A stretch of DNA of 64,000 nucleotides from Candidatus Aadella gelida. Lineage in GTDB: Bacteria > Omnitrophota > Gorgyraeia > Tantalellales > Tantalellaceae. Below, in pieces: positions 21,122 through 28,506 of this stretch (position 1 is the stretch's first letter; every line of letters starts with the position of its first letter). Below the pieces are notes generated by a model that made no database searches, was not told the DNA's origin, and worked only from the letters and a program-made list of their open reading frames with translations. The DNA is taken from positions 906 to 64,905 of the forward strand of contig JAVCDB010000106.1 of assembly GCA_030765205.1 (NCBI GenBank), in the 5' to 3' direction. The translations under genes and the position numbers were made by a program.

Positions 21122-22002
21122 ATTATTTTTTCCACTACTCTAAGTTTTGCGCTTCTTGCTCGCGGATTTTCTAATGTCTCCTTACGGGAAGGAGTTACCG
21201 GTTTTTTTGTGATTATACTTACCTCTGCACGTCCCGCCATATCTTTAAAAACATTTTTGGCAATGCGATCCTCTAAAGAATGAAACGAGATCACACACAT
21301 ACGTCCTCCGGGAGCCAAATAACGGCTAGCCCCTTTCAGGGCTTCTTCTTCTGCGCCTAATTCATCGTTAACGAATATCCTGAGACCCTGGAACGTACGG
21401 CAAGCCGGGTTAATTCTCTGTCTTTTATATTTTCTTCCGACAGCCTTAAAAATAATATCCGAAAGATCTTTTGTAGTCCTAATACGGTTTTTTCTTCTTT
21501 CCGAACAAATAACATTAGCTAAATGTTTAGCATGTCTCTCTTCACCGTACTTCCGTATAATATCCTCAATTTCTTCTTTCCCGAAATCGTTCACTACATC
21601 CGCGGCTGATAGTCCTTTATCCGGATTGTATCTCATATCAAGAGGACCATCTTTCATAAAGCTAAACCCTCTTTCCTCATCATCTACCTGAAAAGATGAC
21701 ATCCCTAGATCGAAAATTACTCCGTTAACCATCTTTTCTCCGGATATCTCCATTATTCTGTCGATATCTCGAAAATCTTCGTTCACCAAAATTATATTTT
21801 CCTTGTACTCTCTAAACTTTATAGCATTCCTCTCGATAGCTTCTTTATCCCTGTCTACAGCTATGATCTTCCCGTCCGGAAGTATACGTTTTAATATTTC
21901 AGAAGAGTGTCCCCCTCCTCCTAATGTCGCATCTATCACTGTATCGCCTTGTTTAGGAGACAAGTACCCGATAACTTCCTCCAACAAGACTGGACAATGC
22001 AA
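21118..22002 (-). CDS. rsmH: 16S rRNA (cytosine1402-N4)-methyltransferase RsmH/MraW
   Basis: The conserved N-terminus HCPVLLEEV starts at a TTG preceded by AAGGAG. The longer track ORF (to 22095) reads into the repeat element, so the start is uncertain. SAM motif DATLGGGGHS. Confidence 0.85.
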   Translation of the reverse strand: MHCPVLLEEVIGYLSPKQGDTVIDATLGGGGHSSEILKRILPDGKIIAVDRDKEAIERNAIKFREYKENIILVNEDFRDIDRIMEISGEKMVNGVIFDLGMSSFQVDDEERGFSFMKDGPLDMRYNPDKGLSAADVVNDFGKEEIEDIIRKYGEERHAKHLANVICSERRKNRIRTTKDLSDIIFKAVGRKYKRQRINPACRTFQGLRIFVNDELGAEEEALKGASRYLAPGGRMCVISFHSLEDRIAKNVFKDMAGRAEVSIITKKPVTPSRKETLENPRARSAKLRVVEKII

Positions 22003-22015
22003 TGTAATGTTCTCC

Positions 22016-22301
22016 TTTTGATTCGTGATTCGTAAGTCGTGACTCGTGAACAGTAAACGGTGAATAGTTATCTGTTGACCATAGACTATTGACAATTGAC
22101 TATTGACCTTTCAATTTTCACAGCAGTCGATCTCTACCTTTTAGACTGTTCCCCGCATCAGTCCAACCTAACATTTAAACCTTTAAAACTTTTTACCCTT
22201 TTAAACTCATCATCACATCAGTCACTCTAGACTACCCTCTACCTTCTAGCTTCTACCAACTGCCCTCTATCCCCTAAAACCTATAACCTAACACCTACTT
22301 C
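22016..22301. repeat. Heptad MITE-like element, copy in orientation A. It has a tcgtgaN/cagtRaa heptamer array, a TTGACNA terminal inverted repeat, a conserved core (ccgcatcagtcc) and a cctaNaa heptamer array
   Basis: Read directly. The inverted copy lies at 23336-23577. Confidence 0.75.
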
Positions 22302-22492
22302 CCGCTCTTAAAAACTTTTTCCATTACATTAGTTTGATTTTTGTAGAAACGGCTATATTCACTTATAAGATTATTTCCGGATTTGGACACGCCTTTAGGG
22401 GGCGCATTCTTTTTTGAAGTTGTGCGGTTCTTTCCATATATGGATTCGCCTATTTCGCAGGCCTGTATATACTTTTTCATCGTATTATTCAC
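22295..22492 (-). CDS. Hypothetical small Lys-rich protein (65 aa)
   Basis: ORF only. It lies inside the segment bracketed by the inverted repeat copies and overlaps the next ORF by 8 nt. Confidence 0.25.
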   Translation of the reverse strand: MNNTMKKYIQACEIGESIYGKNRTTSKKNAPPKGVSKSGNNLISEYSRFYKNQTNVMEKVFKSGK

Positions 22493-22676
22493 AATCCTTT
22501 ATTGTTAAATATGATCTTTTACCCAGACCGGAAGATGAAACAACATACCTTTTTACTCCGAGATGTTCTATCCCTGCAGGCAGAGCTCTCGCCTTTTTGA
22601 TCCTTTCTACCATGTTCACACAATTTATGAACTCCATCTGCTTTTTGTGAAATTTTATCGCGTATCTTCTATACAT
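22485..22676 (-). CDS. Hypothetical small protein (63 aa)
   Basis: ORF only; sits between mraZ and the repeat. Confidence 0.25.
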   Translation of the reverse strand: MYRRYAIKFHKKQMEFINCVNMVERIKKARALPAGIEHLGVKRYVVSSSGLGKRSYLTIKDCE

Positions 22677-22705
22677 GTTGCCCTCCCTTTTTACTAAAAT
22701 ATTGT

Positions 22706-23143
22706 TTATAGTTCGATCAAGCCCTCGGCAATTTCTTCATAATTCTGCTTTGAGCTTTTATAAAATTCGTCCCATTTCTTTTTGTCCCATATCTCTATAC
22801 GGTTTGATACCCCTATTATCATTATGCTCTTTGATAGCTTCGCATAATCCTTAAGATAATCCGGGACCAAGATCCTCCATTGTTTATCCGGCATAGCTTC
22901 AAATGCTCCTGAAAAGAAAAGTCTCTTAAATTTTCTGACCTCTCTCTTTGTAAAAGACAAGCTCTTGAACTTGCTTTCCTGCACAAGCCATTCGCTCTCC
23001 GTAAAAACAAAAAGGCATTCATCCAACCCACGTGTAAGGTACAACTTTTCCTCGCCGGAATCCTTAATAGGCTTACGGAAACGGGCCGGAATTATCAGCC
23101 TGCTCTTCTTGTCTAGACTATGTGCGTACTCACCGTAAAACAC
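22706..23143 (-). CDS. mraZ: Transcriptional regulator MraZ
   Basis: Two MraZ repeats (GEYAHSLDKKSRLIIPARFR and the second half). The likely start is the GTG at 23141-23143, preceded by GGAGGTAAGTGGA. Confidence 0.85.
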   Translation of the reverse strand: MFYGEYAHSLDKKSRLIIPARFRKPIKDSGEEKLYLTRGLDECLFVFTESEWLVQESKFKSLSFTKREVRKFKRLFFSGAFEAMPDKQWRILVPDYLKDYAKLSKSIMIIGVSNRIEIWDKKKWDEFYKSSKQNYEEIAEGLIEL

Positions 23144-23335
23144 TCCACTTACCTCCACTTTAATCCACCAACATATGCAAGTATACACACAAACAGGGAT
23201 CTTGTCAAATATGTAACTTTCGGGATTTTTAAATTTTACGAAATTTTACGCAATATATAGTGGTATGTGGTATTGAATGGCTTATATCTTGTGGATAAAA
23301 ATAGTTAAAAAAGTTTACCGCCGAGACTCTGCAAA

Positions 23336-23577
23336 GGGGCGTTATTAGACTATAACCATTGACCATAGACAGAGAATGACCTATGTAGGATGAGTTTAAA
23401 AAGTTTTAAAGGTTTAAAGGTTAGGTTGGACTGATGCGGGGAACAGTCTAAAAGGTAGGGATCGACTGCTGTGAAGATTGAAAGGTCAATAGTCAATTGT
23501 CAATAGTCTATGGTCAACAGATAACTATTCACCGTTTACTGTTTACTGCTTACTGTTCACGAATCACAAGTCACGAC
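23336..23577. repeat. Heptad MITE-like element, copy in orientation B (inverted relative to 22016-22301)
   Basis: Its core is the reverse complement of the 22081-22200 core; it ends in a cagtaaa/cgtgaat heptamer array. Confidence 0.75.
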
Positions 23578-23580
23578 AAT

Positions 23581-23620
23581 AAAAAAGGGGATGCGAAATA
23601 ATTCGCATCCCCTTTTTTTT
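23581..23620. terminator. Bidirectional rho-independent terminator (ggggatgcgaa-ataa-ttcgcatcccc with A6 and T8 flanks)
   Basis: 11-bp GC-rich stem with T-runs on both sides; immediately after the stop of the 23637..24074 gene. Confidence 0.8.
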
Positions 23621-23636
23621 ATTGTAAATTACAATC

Positions 23637-24074
23637 TTATGCTGCTTTTTCTTCTTGCGCCTTTTTCTGCTCTTCCTGAATCTTTCTTTTGTAACATTTT
23701 TTTGTGCAATAGAACGAGCCATTACGATAGTACCACAGCTTCTTCAGCAGGGCTTTTGCACATGCCGCACATTCCTCCGGCTTCTGAGGCTTTGTAGCTT
23801 TAGGTTGCCGGGCAGGCCCCTTCTTTACTTCTTCTTTGACCTCTTCCTTAGGAGCCTCGGGCTCTTTTACCGCTTCCTCTTTCGCCGGTTCTTTTTTTGC
23901 CGGTTCCTCTTTTGCCGGTTCTTCTTTTGCCGGTTCTTCCTTCGCCGGTTCTTCCTTCGCCGGTTCTTCTTTTGCCGGTTCTTCCTTCGCCGGTTCTTCC
24001 TTCGCCGGTTCTTCCTTTGCTGCTTCTTCAGCGGGCTCTACTTTTTCTTCTTTCTTTTCTTCTTCCTTACCCAT
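23637..24074 (-). CDS. Lys/Glu/Pro/Ala tandem-repeat protein, (AKEEP)x9, with a C-terminal C-x2-C-x18-C-x3-C tail
   Basis: The protein has about 9 perfect pentapeptide repeats encoded by a 15-bp DNA tandem array, followed by CAAC...CTKKC. No family recognised. Confidence 0.5.
   Translation of the reverse strand: MGKEEEKKEEKVEPAEEAAKEEPAKEEPAKEEPAKEEPAKEEPAKEEPAKEEPAKEEPAKKEPAKEEAVKEPEAPKEEVKEEVKKGPARQPKATKPQKPEECAACAKALLKKLWYYRNGSFYCTKKCYKRKIQEEQKKAQEEKAA
23878..24025. repeat. 15-bp tandem repeat array (gccggttcttcYttY x ~9-10) inside the coding region
   Basis: Read directly; it encodes the AKEEP repeats on the minus strand. Confidence 0.85.
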
Positions 24075-24099
24075 ATCTCCTCCGTTCTTCCATGTTTTA

Positions 24100-24444
24100 T
24101 TATTTTTCTTTTGCAGTTATCCACTTCTTATATATGTATTCGAGTATTCTTCCTCTATCCTCGCTTTTGATCTTTTTAAATTTGATACCACCCTGATGAT
24201 CTGCCTCCCCAGGAAGGGTTCCTCCGACCCAAGCTATCTGCCCTTCGAATATTATTGGAATATTATCTCCCGGGATCATCATCTCAAGTTCCAGATCCTC
24301 ACCCTGGTCCAAAGCCTCATCGCTTAACACGCCCACACCATCTCTGCAGAAATTATTCACCTTAAGTTTCTTTAAAGATCCTTTTCTCCGGCATATCGCA
24401 TCTAATAAAATATCAAAACGTATAAACCTTCTTTTCTCGCTCAT
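24100..24444 (-). CDS. PilZ-domain protein (c-di-GMP receptor)
   Basis: RRFIRF (RxxxR) and DGVGV (D/NxSxGG-like) motifs; 114 aa. Confidence 0.65.
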   Translation of the reverse strand: MSEKRRFIRFDILLDAICRRKGSLKKLKVNNFCRDGVGVLSDEALDQGEDLELEMMIPGDNIPIIFEGQIAWVGGTLPGEADHQGGIKFKKIKSEDRGRILEYIYKKWITAKEK

Positions 24445-24545
24445 TCATCCTCCCATAAACAACAACTCAAATCTATCTCACAAAATGTAAAGCCATATAA
24501 AGCGACACTAAAACATAAACTGCTGACCCGATAAAATAGAAAGGG

Positions 24546-24584
24546 AACGACGCGAAATCGTTCCCTTTCTATTTAAACTTCACA
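24546..24584 (-). terminator. Rho-independent terminator after the TIGR04073-like gene (agggaacga-cgcgaaa-tcgttccct + T-run)
   Basis: 9-bp stem followed by a T-rich tract on the minus strand. Confidence 0.55.
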
Positions 24585-24597
24585 TCAATTATATAAA

Positions 24598-24927
24598 TTA
24601 GTCGCTAAATACATATTCCGGCTCTATAACTGGCTGATAATCTTCAGGTATTGGGAACGGGAACGTTACGGTTTCATAAACGCCTGCACCTGTTCTTACT
24701 ATCGTCATACCTATACCTTTTGCTAGCCCCATTGTCAGACCAGAAAGTACATTTTCTTCAACGCTTGTTTCGTAAATATTTTTAGGAAGTTCAACCCATC
24801 CTGTTAAAACATTAGCAATACCTCTGCCTAGTTTCTTTGCAGGATCCTGAGCATAACACTGTGTGGTCATACCTACCATTCCTATGATAACACAACATAC
24901 GAATAACACCTTAAATGTCTTCTTCAT
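24598..24927 (-). CDS. Small secreted protein resembling the exosortase-system-associated TIGR04073 family
   Basis: Signal peptide followed by the motif KKLGRGIANVLTGWVELPKNIY...TFPFP; 109 aa. Family assignment made from memory of that motif. Confidence 0.5.
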   Translation of the reverse strand: MKKTFKVLFVCCVIIGMVGMTTQCYAQDPAKKLGRGIANVLTGWVELPKNIYETSVEENVLSGLTMGLAKGIGMTIVRTGAGVYETVTFPFPIPEDYQPVIEPEYVFSD

Positions 24928-25001
24928 AATTCTGTTTCACCTCCTCCTCTTATATACATTCTCAAAATTCTAATGAAGTATATCATGCGATTTTTACCAT
25001 G

Positions 25002-25370
25002 TCAAGTATCTGACCTTATTATATCATTAACCAATTTCCTTATTCTTCCCTTGTCTTCTTTCTGGAGATCTATAAATTCAATCCCTGTATCGTACAAAAC
25101 GGCACTCAGATCCTTATCTGAGCCCCCTTTTACCACCCATACCACTTTACCTCTACACCTTACTGGTTGCTGCCCTTCCCCTATGAAAACTTCCAGATTA
25201 ACCTTATCAAAGATCTTTATCTCCTCGGTCAGGGAAACACAAATACCGCCCTGCCCTATATTCTCAATGCAGGTATCGATCAAGCTTTCTTTATCGTCCC
25301 TACACACTAATATACGACATTTATAACTAACTCTCGGAAACTTTCTGCCGTTCATTCCGTCCCATATCAT
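25002..25370 (-). CDS. PilZ-domain protein (c-di-GMP receptor)
   Basis: RKFPRV (RxxxR) and NIGQGGICV (NxSxGG-like); 122 aa. Confidence 0.65.
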   Translation of the reverse strand: MIWDGMNGRKFPRVSYKCRILVCRDDKESLIDTCIENIGQGGICVSLTEEIKIFDKVNLEVFIGEGQQPVRCRGKVVWVVKGGSDKDLSAVLYDTGIEFIDLQKEDKGRIRKLVNDIIRSDT

Positions 25371-25409
25371 AATAATATACTATACACGAGTAAAAATGTA
25401 AAAACAAGA

Positions 25410-25946
25410 CTATCTGAGCTTTAATTCAAACTCATTCCCCTTTGGGGACATCATAAGCACTTTATCCTGGAATACCTCAAGCACGGTAAACCCATCGACT
25501 ATCTCTCCCCTAGAAACTACTGCATCGTTAATAATAGCTTGAGGATCCTGGGCCGAATACATTATCCCATTCAGCTCAGGCAAGTTTTCCAATATCCCTG
25601 TTCCCTTGGGTCTCTTTATAGAAACAAATTCTTCCATAACAGTTTGCTTTCTAGAACTGCTCTCATCTGCAGAATTTCCTGCCCCGGGAACAGATATAAC
25701 CCGGGAACTCTTTATCGTCTCATCCTTCGAAACTAAACTCTTAGATATAACACCTACGGCAACTACAACACAAATAACAGTTAACGCACCGACTATAACG
25801 CTCTTGGGTATCTTTATCCTGCTGAATATACTGGGACTAGGATTAGCCGGAACGGATGAGGTATAAGTAAAAACAGTATCATCTTTTGTCTGTTTTTTAG
25901 ACCTGTCCTCTTGTGCTTTTTTTAATGCTTTCGCTATTATACTCAT
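25410..25946 (-). CDS. GspB/ExeB-like bitopic membrane protein (partner of the ExeA-like ATPase)
   Basis: Basic N-terminus, one TM, a Ser-rich linker, and a C-terminal beta-rich domain. Directly downstream of the ExeA-like gene. Confidence 0.4.
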   Translation of the reverse strand: MSIIAKALKKAQEDRSKKQTKDDTVFTYTSSVPANPSPSIFSRIKIPKSVIVGALTVICVVVAVGVISKSLVSKDETIKSSRVISVPGAGNSADESSSRKQTVMEEFVSIKRPKGTGILENLPELNGIMYSAQDPQAIINDAVVSRGEIVDGFTVLEVFQDKVLMMSPKGNEFELKLR

Positions 25947-25975
25947 ATGAATTTTTATACGATAAGAAGAATGAA

Positions 25976-26170
25976 CCGTTATCTGTTGACCATTGACTAT
26001 TGACTATTGACCTTTCAATTTTCACAGCAGTCGATCCCTACCCTTTAGACTGTTCTCCGCATCAGTCCAAACTGACCTTTAAACCTTTAAAACTTTTTAA
26101 CCTTTTAAACTGTCCTCACATCTGTCATTCTCTGTCTATAGTCAATGGTCTATTGTCAATAGTCTAATAA
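25976..26170. repeat. Heptad MITE-like element; complete compact copy (orientation A) with both terminal inverted repeats
   Basis: Left terminus gttgaccattgactattgactattgacc; right terminus, as reverse complement, ttattagactattgacaatagaccattgac. Core contains ccgcatcagtcc. Confidence 0.8.
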
Positions 26171-26199
26171 GGTCCTTTTTCTTTCTACCTTCTATTCTC

Positions 26200-27042
26200 C
26201 TATACATCTGCCGTCTGACCCATCTCTGTGTAATTAAACTGTCCCTCGGTCTCCTCTATACTTTTCCTCACTACATCTTCATCTATAACATGCGCTTCTT
26301 GAACAAACCCCAACAGCAATGCCTTGTCGCATATTATGTTCACTACTCTGGGGATACCCCTGGAATATTCATAAAGATCTAAAATAGCCTTATCCGAAAA
26401 ATCGGGACCGTTTTCTGAACCAGCAACGGATAGCCTGTGCTCGACATATCCTCGAAGTTCGGTCTCATCAAGTGCTCTAACATGAAACCTAACTCCTATA
26501 CGCTGACGAAGCTGCAATAAACCCGGAGCATTAAGTTTATCCTTAAGTTCCGGTTGTCCTACCAGGACGATTTGCAGAAGTTTCTCTTTCTCGGTTTCCA
26601 AATTAGACAACATCCGTATTGTTTCCAGAGTTGCTTTACGAAGATTTTGAGCCTCGTCGATTATTAAAACCGCATTGTTCCCTAAAGATAATTGCTGAAG
26701 AAGAAATTCATTAAGCTGCCGTATAAAGGCTCCTTTGCTTTTCCTCTTGACCTCTATCCCAAAATCGTTCAATACAGCCTCAAGTAGCTGTGTTTCAGGA
26801 AGGCTAGGATTAAAGATTAGAGAAGTTTTTGTCCTGGAATCGAACTGATTAAGGAGAGCCCGGCAGAGTGTAGTCTTCCCGGCTCCAACCTCTCCAGTTA
26901 TCTCTACAAACCCTTTTCTCTGTTCTATACCATACGAAAGATGCGCAAGAGCCTCACGATGGGTATGACTGAGATACAAAAAGTTCGGATCACTAGTTAC
27001 ATTGAAAGGGTTTTCCCTTAAACCATAGAAATCAAGATACAT
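26200..27042 (-). CDS. ExeA/GspA-like AAA ATPase (MSHA MshM / PEP-CTERM-locus ATPase type)
   Basis: ExeA-type N-terminus (LDFYGLRENPF), Walker A GEVGAGKT, Walker B LIIDEAQ. Confidence 0.8.
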   Translation of the reverse strand: MYLDFYGLRENPFNVTSDPNFLYLSHTHREALAHLSYGIEQRKGFVEITGEVGAGKTTLCRALLNQFDSRTKTSLIFNPSLPETQLLEAVLNDFGIEVKRKSKGAFIRQLNEFLLQQLSLGNNAVLIIDEAQNLRKATLETIRMLSNLETEKEKLLQIVLVGQPELKDKLNAPGLLQLRQRIGVRFHVRALDETELRGYVEHRLSVAGSENGPDFSDKAILDLYEYSRGIPRVVNIICDKALLLGFVQEAHVIDEDVVRKSIEETEGQFNYTEMGQTADV

Positions 27043-27094
27043 ATATTCCGTTTCTCCTCGGCAATATTATACTATTAAAGAATAAGGCAGTAAA

Positions 27095-27475
27095 GGGATA
27101 TAAGGTTTTAGGTTTTAGGTGCTAGGTTTTAGGGGTTAACATTGACCGATGAGTTGTTAGGGGCTAGGGTTCAGGGGAGAAAAAGTCACCAGGTCACCGG
27201 TGATTGGGGCGTTATTAGACCATTGACAATAGACCATTGACTATAGACAGGGAATGACCGATGTTATAATTGAATAATAGAAAAAAGAGAGAAATGACGG
27301 TAGACTATGGAGTAATATTTTTTGTTAAGAGATCTTTAAAGGTCAATAGTCAATGGTCAATGGTCAATGGTCAACAGATAACTATTCACTATTTACTGTT
27401 CACTTTATACTACACTCTATATTCTAAAACTACAAACTATGAACTACCCACTACTAACTATCATCCTACATATCT
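27095..27475. repeat. Heptad MITE-like element (orientation B), with a ggttttA/ggtgctA heptamer array, terminal inverted repeats and an actaNNa array
   Basis: Segments at 27095-27262 and 27335-27475. The internal segment is the reverse complement of the 27935-28010 interior. Confidence 0.7.
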
Positions 27476-27855
27476 CTTACTTTGGAAGGAACGGGAACGA
27501 CCTTTCCGGCTTTATCTATGAAAGCATGTTTAGTATATCCCATTGAGGTAGTCTTTCCCTCTTTGGTGACTTCATATTCAAAAGTTATACGTGACTTTCT
27601 TATGTCTGTCATTATGGCTTTCACTTTTACAATATCATCATATCTGACAGGAGAACGGTAACGGCATTGAGCCTCCGTTACAGGAAGAAAAAGACCTTCC
27701 TCTTCTAGACCTTTATAACACATGCCGTTTGCTCTGAACATCTCCGTTCTTGCTATCTCGAACCAGACAAGATAATTCGCATAATATACAAATCCCATCT
27801 GATCGGTTTCTTTGTAGTTTACTCTATGCTCTATAGTGTGCTCCCTCATGATCAT
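27466..27855 (-). CDS. Acyl-CoA thioesterase (hotdog fold, YbgC/4HBT family)
   Basis: HRVNYKETDQMGFVYYANYLVWFE motif. Start moved to an internal Met (27853-27855) because the longer ORF N-terminus is encoded by the repeat. Confidence 0.75.
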   Translation of the reverse strand: MIMREHTIEHRVNYKETDQMGFVYYANYLVWFEIARTEMFRANGMCYKGLEEEGLFLPVTEAQCRYRSPVRYDDIVKVKAIMTDIRKSRITFEYEVTKEGKTTSMGYTKHAFIDKAGKVVPVPSKVRDM

Positions 27856-27887
27856 CCTTTTGTCGTATAGCGTAACTAGTAATCTGC

Positions 27888-28075
27888 GATCAGTAAACAG
27901 TGAACGGTTATCTGTTGACCACAGACAATTGACTATTGACAATTGACTTTTAAAGATCTCTCAACGAAAAATATTGTCCATAGTCTACTGGCATTTCTCT
28001 CTTTTTTCTACTCTTCAATCCCAACATCGGTCATTCTCTGTCTATAGTCAATGGTCTATTGTCTATAGTCTAACA
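27888..28075. repeat. Heptad MITE-like element (orientation A); forms an inverted pair with 27095-27475 around the thioesterase gene
   Basis: cagtaaa heptamers, TTGAC terminal inverted repeat, ...tctgtctatagtcaatggtctattgtctatagtcta. Confidence 0.75.
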
Positions 28076-28089
28076 TAGCTAGCCTACTT

Positions 28090-28506
28090 TCAGCTTGCTA
28101 TGATCTTTACATAAACTTTTCTTTTTCTGGGCCCGTCAAACTCACAAAAGTATATACCCTGCCATGTTCCTAAAAGAAGTTTTCCCTCTTCTACTATAAT
28201 GTGTGACGAGGCGCCTATAATGGATGCCTTGATATGCGCTGGGGAATTCCCTTCGGCATGCTTATATCCTAGTTTTTCTGATACTACATCTTCGAGCCCT
28301 TTTATCATATCAGTTTTGACATCGGGATCAGCATTTTCATTTATGGTAAGAGCGGCGGTCGTATGAGGGGTAAAAACATGACAGACCCCCTCTCCCGCAT
28401 TAGATGAGGTAACCAAGGATGTTACTTTTTCGGTTATATCAATAAATTGTATCTTATCGGAGGATATTACATCAATAATGAAAAGATTTTTATTCGACAT
28501 ATTCAC
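28090..28506 (-). CDS. YjbQ/UPF0047-family protein (secondary thiamine-phosphate synthase-like)
   Basis: Family-typical 138-aa protein (VFTPHTTAALTINENADPDV). Confidence 0.7.
   Translation of the reverse strand: MNMSNKNLFIIDVISSDKIQFIDITEKVTSLVTSSNAGEGVCHVFTPHTTAALTINENADPDVKTDMIKGLEDVVSEKLGYKHAEGNSPAHIKASIIGASSHIIVEEGKLLLGTWQGIYFCEFDGPRKRKVYVKIIAS

Noticed and set aside
22822-23031. 69-aa minus-strand ORF overlapping mraZ
   Set aside because: It is an out-of-frame overlap within the conserved mraZ coding region.
23655-24327. Three overlapping plus-strand ORFs with striking repeats (FFCRFF..., SSFAGSSFAG..., PVLPSPVL...)
   Set aside because: They are the other reading frames and opposite strand of the 15-bp tandem array. 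The minus-strand AKEEP frame is the one with a proper start, stop, terminator and a cysteine-motif tail.
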